Source: a virus
IMG/VR virus record: IMGVR_UViG_3300035698_026482
Coordinates: 1-64,000 of that record
Reading direction: 5' to 3' (one strand)
DNA: 64,000 nucleotides
In this document: positions 7,969 through 15,629 of the stretch, in pieces
How positions within the stretch are numbered: the stretch's first letter is position 1
Layout: every line of letters starts with the position of its first letter
The notes under the pieces: model-generated
Database searches by the model: none
What the model was told of the DNA's origin: nothing
The model's input: the letters and a program-made list of their open reading frames with translations, nothing else
Position numbers and translations under genes: made by a program

Positions 7969-9576
7969 ATGAGTATTATACATCACGATAACTTCATTTG
8001 TCAACATTGCGATTATAGCTCGGCGTCAGCACGAGGATTTGCGCAACATAATAAGAAAAAGCATAATATCGAAAGTGAATCATTGTTTTGCAATGTATAT
8101 GAAACACACGCCCAATTACACAAATGCGCCGGATGCAATGCCCAATCGAAATTTGTCGGTTTTACGCATGGATACGAGCAGATTTGTGGGAAGTGCAAAA
8201 GAAAAAAAGCTTTCGAAAAATTGACGCCGTGGAACAAGGGTTTAACAAAATCAACTAGTGGAAAGGTTAAAAAAGCTGCGGCGTCAATGCGTAAGCATTA
8301 CGATAAAAATAAGCACTGGTCGAAGGGTCTAAAAAAAGAAACATCAAGCATTATTGCATCGCGAAGTCATGCTGTATCGAAATCATTAAAAAAATATTAT
8401 GATGAGAACGAACATTGGTCAACGGGACTAACAAAACATACGCATACAGGGATTGCAAAGAGAAGCATTACAAACGCCGCCGTGCAAAAAGGGAAAAAGT
8501 TTTCCAAAGCGCATAAGCTTAAGCTTTCTAATGCGAAAATACTAAGCGAAAAAATTGTCGACTATCGGTTGCATGAGCATGGATTCAATCGATTAGCAGC
8601 GTATGAACATTCGCAAAAGAAGTTGCTTGTCGAGTGCATCAAATGCGAAACGCAATTTGAAAAAACATACGGCAACATTATAAACAGCGGTGGACGATGC
8701 ACAATATGTGACCCAGCATATCAAAACCAATCGTCGAAATGGCAAACAGAAATCTACGATTTCATTATTTCACAGTTCTCGGGTGATGTTATTTTAAACG
8801 ATCGTACATTATTGGGCGGTTATGAATTGGACATTTTTATCCCTTCGCTTAATTTCGCCATTGAATGTCATGGAATATATTGGCATAGCGAAGCAGCGGG
8901 AAGGTTTGATAAAAACTATCATCAAATGAAGTATCAACTTGCTCGTGAACATGGCGTTGAATTATTTCAAATTTATGAGGACGAATGGACTCAAAAAAGT
9001 GAACTTATTAAGGCGATGATTCTGCATCGACTAGGTCATAGCACGCATGTATATGCAAGAAAGCTTAATTTGCAAATCGATACGCCAAACAAAAAAGACG
9101 TTGATGATTTTATTAACAGCAATCATCTAGATGGCTCAACACGATGTCGTCATAGAATTGTACTCAGTGATGCTAATGATGAAATCTTCGGGGCCTTGAC
9201 GTTACGAAAAATCAGCTGGGGCAAATTTAAGGGTGAATTTGAAATTGCGCGCATGTGTTTCAAGCGCGGAACCAAGGTCATTGGCGGAAGCGCGCGCTTG
9301 ATCGCACACGCCAAACATCTACTTCCTGGGGACAAACTTATAACGTATGCTGATAATCGCCTTGGCGGACGGCATCATTGCTATAAAAGTAATGGCTTCG
9401 TATATTCACATTCGACGACGCCTCGATGGTGGTGGACAAATCTTACTGATCGGATGGATCGATTTCATGTTCGTGCAGATAAGGCACGTGGGCTATCAGA
9501 AAATGAAAACGCCGCATTACACGGCGTTGTCAGGATTTATGGATGTAGCAACGAATGTTACATTTATAATCCTTAG
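7969..9576 (+). CDS. Putative homing endonuclease (same family as 5625-7247), antisense to dnaE
   Basis: CQHC..H finger; PWNKGLTK repeats; DRTLLGGYELDIFIP...FAIECHGIYWHS; YARKL; EIARMCF. ATG 7969 is back-to-back with ATG 7968; ATG 7957 is an alternative start. Confidence 0.75.
   Translation: MSIIHHDNFICQHCDYSSASARGFAQHNKKKHNIESESLFCNVYETHAQLHKCAGCNAQSKFVGFTHGYEQICGKCKRKKAFEKLTPWNKGLTKSTSGKVKKAAASMRKHYDKNKHWSKGLKKETSSIIASRSHAVSKSLKKYYDENEHWSTGLTKHTHTGIAKRSITNAAVQKGKKFSKAHKLKLSNAKILSEKIVDYRLHEHGFNRLAAYEHSQKKLLVECIKCETQFEKTYGNIINSGGRCTICDPAYQNQSSKWQTEIYDFIISQFSGDVILNDRTLLGGYELDIFIPSLNFAIECHGIYWHSEAAGRFDKNYHQMKYQLAREHGVELFQIYEDEWTQKSELIKAMILHRLGHSTHVYARKLNLQIDTPNKKDVDDFINSNHLDGSTRCRHRIVLSDANDEIFGALTLRKISWGKFKGEFEIARMCFKRGTKVIGGSARLIAHAKHLLPGDKLITYADNRLGGRHHCYKSNGFVYSHSTTPRWWWTNLTDRMDRFHVRADKARGLSENENAALHGVVRIYGCSNECYIYNP
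7975..8004 (-). promoter_or_regulatory. Consensus sigma70 promoter for dnaE fragment 2 (probably leaderless mRNA)
   Basis: Minus strand TTGACA-N18-TATAAT, followed by 6 nt and then ATG at 7968. Confidence 0.75.
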
Positions 9577-11894
9577 TTTTTCATATACCCAAGCGTATGT
9601 TCAATCGTGTTTGAATCATCGTATTCAATTACATCGAATGGTACAACGTTGAATGTATGTGATCCCTCAACTGAGATGTCGACAAATTCTGTTTCTGTAT
9701 CTAGTGTGTCGACGGACACAACTCTTGCATTACCCTGCATTGATTTTAAATCAATGCCTGCTGCCAGATCTTTCGCAAAAACAACATTATTATCGATATC
9801 TAAAAAACGATGCTTTTCAACGCAAGCAATGCCTCCAAGACATCCATTAAGCTCAATTGTAATCAGTAGCGGCACATCGGTTTTATTTTCCCTAAGCTGA
9901 ACATGCGTAACGCATCTGGGAGTACCATCGGCGTCAAGCACCTCATCACCCTTACCAATGTCACCGATCGGGCTGTATGACCCGTCAGCCATCACAACCA
10001 TATGGTTACTTGCAATACAATCAATATCGGGATATGACGAACGTGCCAGAGAGATAAACCTAGCGAACAACAAATTGTACTTAATAGGATCTACATGTGT
10101 GATGTATAACACGTAACACAATAGTGATCCTGCCGCGGAATTATGAACTGCTTTTCCTTCAATGTTATAAGTGTGTGAAGGCTCAACACATAAGTCAATA
10201 ACCTTGCCTTGATAAGGCCTAATTGTTCTTTTTATTAGTTTGCTATCATCGTGTTTGGCGACGCCAACAACATCATCTAAATCTGTTAGATTTTGTGCCT
10301 CGACCCATCCTCGATTTGACGTTAAAAATTCATGATCAAGTGTACACGTAATTGTTTTACCATCATCGAATTCAAGATCAATTACATCCTCATTGATATC
10401 ATAAGTAAAAACATCAGTGACTTGTCCGATATTGTCATATGCATCAATGACGTCTTCGCCTATTGTAATTGTATCAAGGCGTTTAGGTCCATCAGACGTA
10501 AGCACATTTGATTCAGGAACAAAACACCCTCTACCGGGGCCCACCAGCATATTTTCGTTGGCAAGCTCCATGATTGACTTCATTGTCAAAAAGTAGAGCG
10601 AGAAGTTCTTTTGCTTAATAACCTCAAGTTCTTCCTCTATGCGAGCAACATATTCCGGCTTATCTGCCAGTCCGCGTTTGGTCAGTCCCTCATACGCTGC
10701 GCTTGTAAGTGCTTCATGTTCGCCTTGACCCTTTGGAACAACATACGATGGAAGCTTCACAGAGACGTTTGGACTCGTGTCACCAATCATATCATGGGCA
10801 ATATCATAAGTGCGCTCGATTGCATCAGCAACCAGCTGATCGTCGTAAAAGCTAAGCGACATCTTAGCATTGCGCCCCCTAAGCATGCGCTTTCCGTCCT
10901 TATACGCACCCCACATCTGCTCTGCATTTTTTGGATATAGCTCGCACTCAAGCTCGTCGATAGACTGGGGCAATGCTCCAGGTTCAAATTTATCTTTGCT
11001 TACCCATCCCAGCTTTTTATACATCTCACGATCCTTCCACAGATGTGGTCCAGGATAATGCGAGTCTGCAGTTGCAATGAGCGGCAATTGCGTTCTTTTG
11101 GCTAACTCAATCAAGTGCATGTTGACGAGGTGTTGCGGGCCTAACTTATTGAACTGTAGCTCAAGAAAGAAGTTCTCGCGACCGACTGCGTGCACAATAC
11201 TATCAGTCGTATTCGCCAGATCACGCTGGATTGCTTCAAATGTCTTTTGATCACCTACGCCAGGAACCATTTGATCCCATGTCAAATGCTGGTGGTGTCG
11301 CATTACGTCGTAACTTAGCGGACCTGCCAAACATGCAGAATTTACCACCAGACCCTCTGAGTGTAACTTTAGCAGCTTATAGTCAATTCTTGGGAATCTG
11401 TAGAACCCGTCGCTGTAGCTTTTTGAGACCAATGCGAAAAGATTTTCTAATCCCTTTTGTGACTTGGCAACAACAACAAGATGATGACGACGTCGAACAG
11501 GATCATACCACTTCGTCTGTTTTGATTCTTCCTCATTTTCGATAACGCTGCCGGCATCGTCGTCTGATACCTCTACGAGTCCTCGCTTGTTTTTTGCTTT
11601 TCGTTCGCGGGAAGCGTCATATTCGATTTTCCACTGCGTCAAGTCAGGATGAACATAAAACTCTACTCCTGGTATGAATTTAAACGCGCGGCCGAGCTTA
11701 TCCAATTCCCATTGATGGGATTGCGCATGTGAATATGAATTCATATGGCCGTGATCAGTTATGGCCATTGCGTTCATGCCATTTTCTAAAGCAAAATCAA
11801 AATGCTCTTTGGGATATCCAAGGCCATCATAGGTGCTAAAACCGGAATGTCCATGAAGTCCGACAAATCGTTTTGGCGGTCTTACAATGGACAC
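9573..11894 (-). CDS. dnaE: DNA polymerase III alpha fragment 1: PHP domain, cis mini-intein (10140-10526), IntN (9573-10019)
   Basis: FVGLHGHSGFSTYDG, AITDHG, ATADSHY; GPGRG|CFVPES...VHN|SAAGSL; YPDID|CIASNH... Confidence 0.95.
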   Translation of the reverse strand: MSIVRPPKRFVGLHGHSGFSTYDGLGYPKEHFDFALENGMNAMAITDHGHMNSYSHAQSHQWELDKLGRAFKFIPGVEFYVHPDLTQWKIEYDASRERKAKNKRGLVEVSDDDAGSVIENEEESKQTKWYDPVRRRHHLVVVAKSQKGLENLFALVSKSYSDGFYRFPRIDYKLLKLHSEGLVVNSACLAGPLSYDVMRHHQHLTWDQMVPGVGDQKTFEAIQRDLANTTDSIVHAVGRENFFLELQFNKLGPQHLVNMHLIELAKRTQLPLIATADSHYPGPHLWKDREMYKKLGWVSKDKFEPGALPQSIDELECELYPKNAEQMWGAYKDGKRMLRGRNAKMSLSFYDDQLVADAIERTYDIAHDMIGDTSPNVSVKLPSYVVPKGQGEHEALTSAAYEGLTKRGLADKPEYVARIEEELEVIKQKNFSLYFLTMKSIMELANENMLVGPGRGCFVPESNVLTSDGPKRLDTITIGEDVIDAYDNIGQVTDVFTYDINEDVIDLEFDDGKTITCTLDHEFLTSNRGWVEAQNLTDLDDVVGVAKHDDSKLIKRTIRPYQGKVIDLCVEPSHTYNIEGKAVHNSAAGSLLCYVLYITHVDPIKYNLLFARFISLARSSYPDIDCIASNHMVVMADGSYSPIGDIGKGDEVLDADGTPRCVTHVQLRENKTDVPLLITIELNGCLGGIACVEKHRFLDIDNNVVFAKDLAAGIDLKSMQGNARVVSVDTLDTETEFVDISVEGSHTFNVVPFDVIEYDDSNTIEHTLGYMKN

Positions 11895-11930
11895 TCTGGC
11901 GCCTCCTTCTTTTTGCTTAATTTGTTCATA

Positions 11931-12227
11931 TTAGTTCAATTTGCCTTGTTGAAATGCATTAACCCACGCGTAAATTGTCGGGGCATGGCAGCCAAATTCT
12001 TTTGCTAGCGTCGTTGCCGATTCACCAGCGAGTTTTCGTGTAGCCGCAACGACTTTCATATCATTCGTAAATTTTCGTTTTTGTTTAGACCTAGGAACAA
12101 GATCTGCGACCCACTTATGAACTACGGTCGGATTAACGTTTAAAATTTCGCCAACCTTATATGTGCTGTGATGCAGCTCATATAATATTCTCGCTGCTTT
12201 TTTGGTTCGGGCAGTATGACGCCTCAT
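11931..12227 (-). CDS. Tandem helix-turn-helix protein (IS3 OrfA-like HTH repeats), probable regulator
   Basis: KVGEILNVNPTVVHKWV and TLAKEFGCHAPTIYAWV. Confidence 0.7.
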   Translation of the reverse strand: MRRHTARTKKAARILYELHHSTYKVGEILNVNPTVVHKWVADLVPRSKQKRKFTNDMKVVAATRKLAGESATTLAKEFGCHAPTIYAWVNAFQQGKLN

Positions 12228-12409
12228 AATGTCTTATTATACATCACCCTTCGTGAGGAGAACACGCTTTTATTGCGAATCCTTTTTTTGTCTCCGTAAA
12301 GATCACGAGTCCAGCGACGCCAAGACCGGGCAAATTCATATGTCCACGCGGAAGAAAACCCGTACAGCCTGTGCTCTTGCAAAAAATTGTCTGCGGGCAG
12401 GATCCTCAT
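12224..12409 (-). CDS. FSSR-motif microprotein (array A)
   Basis: 61 aa from MRILPADNFL; ends VFSSRRVMYNKTL*; ATGA overlaps at both ends. Confidence 0.8.
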   Translation of the reverse strand: MRILPADNFLQEHRLYGFSSAWTYEFARSWRRWTRDLYGDKKRIRNKSVFSSRRVMYNKTL

Positions 12410-12601
12410 CTGCTTATCCTACGTGAGGAGAACACATGGCTTGTACCCTCGTGGGTTGGATCACCGTAATAATCATTCGTCTTCCAGGCCCATACAAGTT
12501 GACGATCGGGGGGGGAGGTAGCCTCGACGGTGGTTTACTGCCCTGCTGCTATCAATATAAAGGATAAGGTCGCCTAGGAACCATTTCATTGCACGTGTCA
12601 T
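12406..12601 (-). pseudogene. FSSR-motif microprotein frameshifted at a C8 run (array A)
   Basis: Removing one G from G8 at 12508-12515 gives MTRAMKWFLGDLIL...HVFSSRRISR*, with an ATGA overlap into 12409. Confidence 0.75.
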
Positions 12602-12762
12602 GCGCTCACCTTTCGTGAAGACCATTGATTGACTTGATGGGCCGGGGTCGAGCCCATTGTTTTCATCGTCGTGCTCATCCAATAACGTTGCGCTTGATTA
12701 CCCATATAGTTTAAGAGATACATGTCATCACATCGCCATGGCAATTTTTCAACAACCCACAT
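12598..12762 (-). CDS. FSSR-motif microprotein, WSSRK variant (array A)
   Basis: 54 aa from MWVVEKLPWRCDDMYLL; ends QWSSRKVSA*. Confidence 0.8.
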   Translation of the reverse strand: MWVVEKLPWRCDDMYLLNYMGNQAQRYWMSTTMKTMGSTPAHQVNQWSSRKVSA

Positions 12763-12968
12763 TAGCTGCTCACCTTGCGTGATGAGAACATCATGCTGGC
12801 GTAGCTGCAGATCCATGAATAGGGTGAACAAAATGACTCACGCGACCAACCAAGATCCTCTGGGGACGAGCTCGGCTCATCATTTTTTGTGCACCAAGTA
12901 TATGCTTGCGGCTTGAAAAAATCGTCACGAAGCAACTGATCGTATCCGTTCAGCCAAGTTGTTTTCAT
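12762..12968 (-). CDS. FSSR-motif microprotein (array A)
   Basis: 68 aa from MKTTWLNGYDQLL; ends MFSSRKVSS*. Confidence 0.8.
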   Translation of the reverse strand: MKTTWLNGYDQLLRDDFFKPQAYTWCTKNDEPSSSPEDLGWSRESFCSPYSWICSYASMMFSSRKVSS

Positions 12969-13129
12969 ACATTTACCTTGCGTGAAGACCATTGATAGGC
13001 CCGATGGGCCGGGGTCGAGCCCATTGTTTTCAGCACGTTGCTCATCCAATAACGTTGTATTTCATTGCCCATATTACGCAAAAGATACATGTCATCAGGT
13101 CGCCTCGGAAATCCCACAACGGCCCACAT
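12965..13129 (-). CDS. FSSR-motif microprotein, WSSRK variant (array A); paralog of 12598-12762
   Basis: 54 aa from MWAVVGFPRRPDDMYLL; ends QWSSRKVNV*. Confidence 0.8.
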   Translation of the reverse strand: MWAVVGFPRRPDDMYLLRNMGNEIQRYWMSNVLKTMGSTPAHRAYQWSSRKVNV

Positions 13130-13416
13130 TAGTTGGCCACCTTCCGCGATGAGAATATTGAAATACAAAAGGCGCCGCCCGGCATGCCTCTATCAACGCA
13201 ATAAGGCATGCCGCCGCCGGCGTGTTTGGATGAGGCTGTTTCATATTTTGATGCCTTGCATGTATATCTTAAATTCGTGATTATGTAAGAACCGCCCATG
13301 CGATTCTCATGATACTGGAAATATGAATCGTCTACTGCAATGCATGCATATAGATCAGGCCAATGAACATACGGCCAATGTTTTATTTGCCTTGGCGCTG
13401 GATTTACGACCTTCAT
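13129..13416 (-). CDS. FSSR-motif microprotein (array A)
   Basis: 95 aa; ends IFSSRKVAN*; TAATG overlap. Confidence 0.8.
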   Translation of the reverse strand: MKVVNPAPRQIKHWPYVHWPDLYACIAVDDSYFQYHENRMGGSYIITNLRYTCKASKYETASSKHAGGGMPYCVDRGMPGGAFCISIFSSRKVAN

Positions 13417-13637
13417 CTATTCACCCTGCGGCTTGAAAATATAAGCGCCTCTATATGCCCATCATGTAGTGGCGCCGTGTATGTGCATTTATCGTTAAAC
13501 TGCCATCCGCATTGCTTTGCAGTCTGTGTTTTATTATCGAAGTCCCATATACACGCTTGCTGACTTGACAGATGAATTGGTATGTCTAGTGAATAGGGCC
13601 ACCCGCGCAAGAGAATATCACCCGATAACAGTTTCAT
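13413..13637 (-). CDS. FSSR-motif microprotein (array A)
   Basis: 74 aa from MKLLSGDILL; ends IFSSRRVNR*. Confidence 0.8.
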   Translation of the reverse strand: MKLLSGDILLRGWPYSLDIPIHLSSQQACIWDFDNKTQTAKQCGWQFNDKCTYTAPLHDGHIEALIFSSRRVNR

Positions 13638-13837
13638 GTGCTCACCTTCCTGGACGAGAAGATAAGATATTTGTGATACTGTAATCTGTACGCTGCTGCT
13701 TTCGTCGAAGCCGCTTTTGCCTGGGTGGGACTCATTTTTCCTACATCAATATAGTATGCGCGGCGACGGCGGCGGCTGTATATCCACTTGTCATATTGCC
13801 ATTTTTCAATTAGCGCATCCTGAATTTTGTATTTCAT
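13634..13837 (-). CDS. FSSR-motif microprotein (array A)
   Basis: 67 aa from MKYKIQDALI; ends IFSSRKVST*. Confidence 0.8.
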   Translation of the reverse strand: MKYKIQDALIEKWQYDKWIYSRRRRRAYYIDVGKMSPTQAKAASTKAAAYRLQYHKYLIFSSRKVST

Positions 13838-14073
13838 ACATTCACCTTTCGTGAGGAGAAAATGATCATACGTCCATATGGATGGTAATTCGTTGCATCT
13901 AACGACCACGGCGGCAAAATATGATACATTTTATCTGTACTTGTTGGCCAGAATTGATGATCTCCCGCGAGCATATTCATACATTCACCTTTCGTGAGGA
14001 GAAAATGATCATACGTCCATATGGATGGTAATTCGTTGCATCTAACGAGCCCGGCGTCAAAATATGATACATT
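13833..14073. repeat. Near-identical direct repeat of about 98 bp, period 143 bp
   Basis: ttcatacattcacctttcgtgaggagaaaatgatcatacgtccatatggatggtaattcgttgcatctaacga occurs at 13833 and 13976. Confidence 0.95.
13834..13980 (-). CDS. FSSR-motif microprotein (array A; below ORF-track cutoff)
   Basis: 48 aa: MNMLAGDHQFWPTSTDKMYHILPPWSLDATNYHPYGRMIIFSSRKVNV*. Confidence 0.8.
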   Translation of the reverse strand: MNMLAGDHQFWPTSTDKMYHILPPWSLDATNYHPYGRMIIFSSRKVNV

Positions 14074-14117
14074 TCAAACATTTTCAATACCATGTGATCG
14101 TCTAGCTTGAGTTTCAT
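13977..14117 (-). CDS. FSSR-motif microprotein (array A; below ORF-track cutoff)
   Basis: 46 aa: MKLKLDDHMVLKMFEMYHILTPGSLDATNYHPYGRMIIFSSRKVNV*. Confidence 0.8.
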   Translation of the reverse strand: MKLKLDDHMVLKMFEMYHILTPGSLDATNYHPYGRMIIFSSRKVNV

Positions 14118-14335
14118 ATTGTCACCTTGCGTGAAGAAAATGCCCAGGCAATAGTTTCCCCTGCGAAGTCGTTATCATGATTAAGATACGTGGTCTCGTA
14201 AGCAACATGTTCCTCGCCGCGCGAAAGCTTATAGCCTATGCGACGACCGTGCTGCCCGGTCTGACCGTGCATGACAACTGCCTCTACGCGGATTGAATTA
14301 AAAACAACAGCTAAGTCATCGTGATATGCAATCAT
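14114..14335 (-). CDS. FSSR-motif microprotein (array A)
   Basis: 73 aa from MIAYHDDLAV; ends AFSSRKVTI*. Confidence 0.8.
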   Translation of the reverse strand: MIAYHDDLAVVFNSIRVEAVVMHGQTGQHGRRIGYKLSRGEEHVAYETTYLNHDNDFAGETIAWAFSSRKVTI

Positions 14336-14550
14336 CGTGCTACACGCCTTGAAGAAAATGCAGTAATATGCTGATCAGTAACACCCCATCTAATCAGATT
14401 CTTAGTTATGACTAAAGGTAACGACGATGTTTTGGCGCCCGATTTAAATTCTGTAGGATGCTGCCCAAAAAATGCGATTTTTGAATCAGCAATATGAAGT
14501 CTTAAGAAGAAATCACCTTCATGCCAGCGAAATTTAATTTGAGGAACCAT
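14332..14550 (-). CDS. FSSR-motif microprotein (array A)
   Basis: 72 aa containing WHEGDFFL; ends AFSSRRVAR*. Confidence 0.8.
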   Translation of the reverse strand: MVPQIKFRWHEGDFFLRLHIADSKIAFFGQHPTEFKSGAKTSSLPLVITKNLIRWGVTDQHITAFSSRRVAR

Positions 14551-14800
14551 TACCTAGCGATCTGCTTGAAAATACAAGCACTTCATCGATGCTCGGACAG
14601 CCGAATGTCGTGAAATCATTTTGCGGGGACCAAGTGCAATAATTGCACCAGCGCCAGCCGCGTGATTCGGGTGTCACGTAACGATCGCCCATATCAAGCC
14701 ATAATGACGCCGCGCCATACCAGCGTGATTCAAGCGCTTCGGGATTATCGTGTATGTTGCCCTGTATGAGCATGTCGTTGAGCATAATTTTCATCTCCAT
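14534..14800 (-). CDS. FSSR-motif microprotein (array A)
   Basis: 88 aa containing MLNDMLI; ends VFSSRSLGNGSSN*. Confidence 0.8.
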   Translation of the reverse strand: MEMKIMLNDMLIQGNIHDNPEALESRWYGAASLWLDMGDRYVTPESRGWRWCNYCTWSPQNDFTTFGCPSIDEVLVFSSRSLGNGSSN

Positions 14801-14801
14801 A

Positions 14802-14996
14802 CTAAGCGCGCACCTTCCTTGAGGAAAATGTAATGTTGTTTTCTGAATACTTTGAGCCTATCCAGAAAATTGTCGCCATGTGATGTGTCGACGATCCAGG
14901 TGGCGCTGCCCAATGCGTTGGATGCTGTATATACGAATCCTTGTGATTAACGAGCACGTAATCTCCTCGAGCTAAATGCGAAATTGAAATCGTCAA
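14802..14996 (-). CDS. FSSR-motif microprotein (array A)
   Basis: Ends TFSSRKVRA*. The start is either TTG 14996 or GTG 14957, the latter preceded by GAGGAG. Confidence 0.75.
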   Translation of the reverse strand: MTISISHLARGDYVLVNHKDSYIQHPTHWAAPPGSSTHHMATIFWIGSKYSENNITFSSRKVRA

Positions 14997-15180
14997 GGCT
15001 TAAGCAACATCTCCATTCGGCAGTCGCACATTGACTCCAGCCATTGCTTACAGGTGTACTTGGCGTCAACCATTGACAAGGTGTTGCTTCCACGTCGGTC
15101 CATTTATTTGGATAATAATGTAGATTATACATTAGAATATTATCTCCCAAGGCAATAAACGAGACATATCGGCGCTTCAT
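14947..15180 (-). CDS. FSSR-motif microprotein (array A)
   Basis: 77 aa containing IALGDNIL; ends AFSSRRLRAR*. Confidence 0.8.
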   Translation of the reverse strand: MKRRYVSFIALGDNILMYNLHYYPNKWTDVEATPCQWLTPSTPVSNGWSQCATAEWRCCLSLDDFNFAFSSRRLRAR

Positions 15181-15402
15181 CGTGCCACCGACCTCGATGA
15201 AAATTGCCAACAAACATATTCGCTAAAATAAAAAAGCTCTTTGTCATCGTATTTGTGTCCGTATACGATTATGCCTCGAGAAGGACGATTCAAGGCGTCA
15301 AGATGATCACCTCGCATACTTGTGGTGTAACATCGTTTCACATCATCAGTCGCTATCGCATGATCAGTCGCCTATCGCATGATCATTTTGATATACAATC
15401 AT
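15177..15402 (-). pseudogene. FSSR-motif microprotein disrupted by a 19-bp tandem duplication (array A)
   Basis: Removing GATCATGCGATAGGCGACT restores MIVYQNDHAIATDDV...CWQFSSRSVAR*, with ATGA overlaps at both ends. Confidence 0.75.
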
Positions 15403-15590
15403 CCTGTGATTTTCCGTGAGCTAAAAATAATAGAATCACCAATAAAAGCATTGGTATAATGCCGCATGGGGGTGTAGTAAATCGCTACGATCTCGCCGGT
15501 ACGATGAAAACACATATCAACGGTATCATCAGCGTTAACGCGCCGCATAGCAACGTTAACATCAATTGCAGCGCGCCATAACATGTTCAT
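15399..15590 (-). CDS. FSSR-motif microprotein (first gene of array A)
   Basis: Ends IFSSRKITG*; the start may be the second ATG at 15584. Confidence 0.8.
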   Translation of the reverse strand: MNMLWRAAIDVNVAMRRVNADDTVDMCFHRTGEIVAIYYTPMRHYTNAFIGDSIIFSSRKITG

Positions 15591-15599
15591 ATTGTATCA
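15591..15599 (-). promoter_or_regulatory. Candidate extended -10 promoter heading array A
   Basis: TG-A-TACAAT followed by 6 nt and then ATG 15584; no clear -35. Confidence 0.45.
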
Positions 15600-15629
15600 T
15601 ATGCTGACACAGATATACACGTTCAGCGA

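Noticed and set aside
11931-12227. IS3-family insertion sequence
   Set aside because: Only HTH repeats are present; there is no DDE OrfB and no terminal inverted repeats were seen.
13833-14073. Repeat pair as a diversity-generating retroelement TR/VR
   Set aside because: The differences are not adenine-specific (A>C, GGC>TGG) and no reverse transcriptase is present in the window.
12224-15590. Recurring cacctt(t/g)cgtga(g/a)gagaa-like DNA every 140-290 bp as a CRISPR array or integron attC sites
   Set aside because: The copies vary at synonymous positions, including TCN/AGY switches. The spacers are full ORFs, the repeats are not palindromic, and no cas or integrase gene lies in the window. 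The pattern is better explained by protein-level selection plus Shine-Dalgarno use.
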